NCBI RefSeq assembly: GCF_009834535.1
Contig: NC_045707.1
Location: 46,130,001-46,194,000 of the forward strand
Source: Camelus ferus
Lineage: Eukaryota
Direction of reading: 5' to 3'
DNA length: 64,000 nt
Shown: in pieces, positions 62,054 to 64,000 of the stretch
Position numbering within the stretch: the stretch's first letter is position 1
How the letters are laid out: each line of letters begins with the position of its first letter
Notes under the pieces: model-generated
What the model was told of the DNA's origin: nothing
The model's database searches: none
The model's input: only the letters and a program-made list of their open reading frames with translations
Program-made: the position numbers and the translations under genes

Positions 62054-62645
62054 TGAATCGCTGAATCTTATATCAACTTTTACTTCTTTTATTTTTCTTC
62101 CTGATACCTCTTTTTTCACATTAGAAATTCACTTGGTCTGTGCTGACCTAACATTTCGTTCAGAGGCGCCACTGCAGTATGGTACTTCCTTACCTCTCGA
62201 TAGTGTTTTCTTTTTCTTACTGTACTTCATTCCTTAACATCTCAAGGCACTGGTTTCCCTTTTCTCCTGTCTCTTCTGTTTCTCTCCCTGCACTCTCACT
62301 TTCTGCTCATGTATCTCTAGGCCCGACATACCGGGATGGCGTGTTGAGACTTCAAGCGGCTTGGGAGGAGAAAGGGCTGGATATTTTGCAGGAGCTGTTA
62401 AAGACATTTAATGGACCATTACCTCTCTGGTTATCACTGTTGATGAAATTCTTTGCGTAACTATCTCTCTGTGAAGTTTAATAGGGTACATAATCAAAAT
62501 GAGCCGTTTTCAACAAAGGAAATCAGGGTTTTATTTCCCCAGGCGGTGGAGTTTCTCTGCAGGTTTAGAGATCCCATCTCTTTCCCTTCCCAGATGCTCT
62601 TCCTCTGGCTGCTTCCATGTATTTCCAAGCGAATCGTCCCATAAA

Positions 62646-63071
62646 TGGGGTTTTGGGTGGAATTGGGTCCCCCTAAAGTCCACATATTGAAGTCCTAATC
62701 TTTTGTAGTTCAGAATGTGACTCTGTGTTTGAAGACAGAGTCTTTAATGGGGTGATTAAATTAAAATGAGGCCATTGGGTTGGGCCCTACTCTAGTCTGA
62801 CTGGTGTCCTTATAAGAAGGGGAAGTTCAAACACATCGAGACACCAAGGGTGCGAGTGTACAAGGGAATGACCACGTGAAAAGGCAATGCAGCCAGGGGC
62901 TGCCGTCTGCAGCACAAGGAGAGCAGCCTCAGAGGACAGACACCAGCCCTGTTGGCCCCACAATCTGGGACTCCAGCTCCAGAACTGTGAGAAAATAAGT
63001 TTCTGTTATTGAAACCACCCAATCTGTGGGATCTGTGGTATTTTGTCCCAGCAGTCCCACAAACTAATACA
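62646..63071 (+). mobile_element. MaLR solo LTR (MLT1B-like)
   Basis: CATATTGAAGTCCTAA...TTAAAATGAGGCCATTGGGTTGGGCCCTA...GACTGGTGTCCTTATAAGAAG...CCAGAACTGTGAGAAAATAAGTTTCTGTT...AAACTAATACA. Confidence 0.9.
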
Positions 63072-63732
63072 CATGGTCATAGCAATGCCACATCTGTGTC
63101 ATGAGGTCGCTGGAGAATCAAACAGGAGAATTCAACATAGGACATCTGGAGAACAGGGTGAAACAACTCTCCTGCAGGAAATAAACCCACCTGAGAGATA
63201 CTCTGGAACAGAAGTGATATGACATGTTTGAAACATGCTTTTTCTTTCCAAGCCCAGCTTTGGGGTTTTGGCCTCCCTTGAAGCCAGGGGAGAAATTCCC
63301 CCACAGGCTCAGAGCTACAGAAGAAAGTAAACCCTGTAGTGTCCAGAGAGCGCTGCCTCCACACTGAAGCTCTGGACGTCTGGTGTGCGGGGTTACTCTA
63401 AGCGCGCCCGGCTTAGATCTGGGTGAGCGAGGGTACCACCCAGCTTTGCCTCAGTTAAACACCTCAGATGGAAGTGAGTTGAGAGGTGCTGTTTAACAGC
63501 ATGGGGCATGGTGGATTTTGGTTCCAGCTTTATGGAGTTAGCTTCAAAGAAGTCTTTAGAAGTAGTTTGCACAGTAGCTGGGTCCTTCTGTGGATTTATT
63601 GGCCTCCACCTCAGTTCTAAAATTTTTCCCTTCATATAAAGCCACAGTGACTTCTGGCTTGATTCAGTACATTAAAGAAGAAAAAAAATGTTTTATGTAC
63701 CCTGTTGTGTGGGCATCTTTAAAATAAGTCCT

Positions 63733-64000
63733 AAAACAAGAAGACAACCTACGGAATGGGAGAAAATTTTTGCAAATGAAACCGGCAAAGGCTTAATCTC
63801 CAGAATATATAAGCAGCTCATATAACTCAATAAGAAAAAAATAAACAACCCAATCCAAAAATGGGCAGAAGATCTCAACAAGCAATTCTCCAAGGAAGAC
63901 ATACAAATGATCAAAAGGCACATGAAAAAATGCTCAATATCACTAATTATCAGAGAAATGCAAATCAAAACTACAATGAAGTATCACCTTACACCAGTCA
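63733..64000 (+). mobile_element. Young L1 ORF2 fragment (5'-truncated, continues beyond the window, disabled)
   Basis: Translates [88 protein letters not shown]; in-frame TAA at 63823-63825. Confidence 0.95.

Noticed and set aside
63395..63500. Two short imperfect inverted repeats (CTAAGC..GCTTAG; GTTAAAC..GTTTAAC)
   Set aside because: Stems of 6-7 bp are expected by chance in 64 kb.
1..64000. CRISPR arrays, prokaryotic operons, mitochondrial insertions or viral coding inserts
   Set aside because: No regularly spaced repeats, gene-dense blocks, or recognisable mitochondrial or viral ORFs; all LTRs seen are solo LTRs or fragments.

Overview
Mammalian non-coding genomic DNA (intergenic or deep intronic), very probably from a camelid (alpaca/llama/camel). 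The evidence is seven copies of a tRNA-derived SINE matching the camelid Vic-1 type (GGGGAGGGTATAGCTCAGTGGTAGAG...GCTTAGCATGCACGAGGTCCTGGGTTCAATCCCCAGTACCTCC) plus young artiodactyl-type L1 3' ends with target-site duplications (TSDs). Much of the window is interspersed repeat: MIR, L2, an L3/CR1 remnant, old and young L1, MaLR/ERV solo LTRs, and MER5/MER58/Tigger-type DNA transposons. I recognise no cellular protein-coding gene, RNA gene or CRISPR-like array; the listed ORFs are chance ORFs or L1 ORF2 fragments. The main non-repeat feature is a small CpG-island-like promoter at about 44.0-44.4 kb with no recognisable gene attached. Other leads are a few candidate non-coding exons and splice sites, enhancer-like motif clusters, and unusual retroposon structures (a chimeric L1 3' end inside one TSD pair, a ~50-bp L1, and SINEs with extra 5' sequence or a multiplied tail). 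I see no convincing new biological system. Repeat subfamily names and most boundaries are by-eye estimates and need RepeatMasker/Dfam confirmation.
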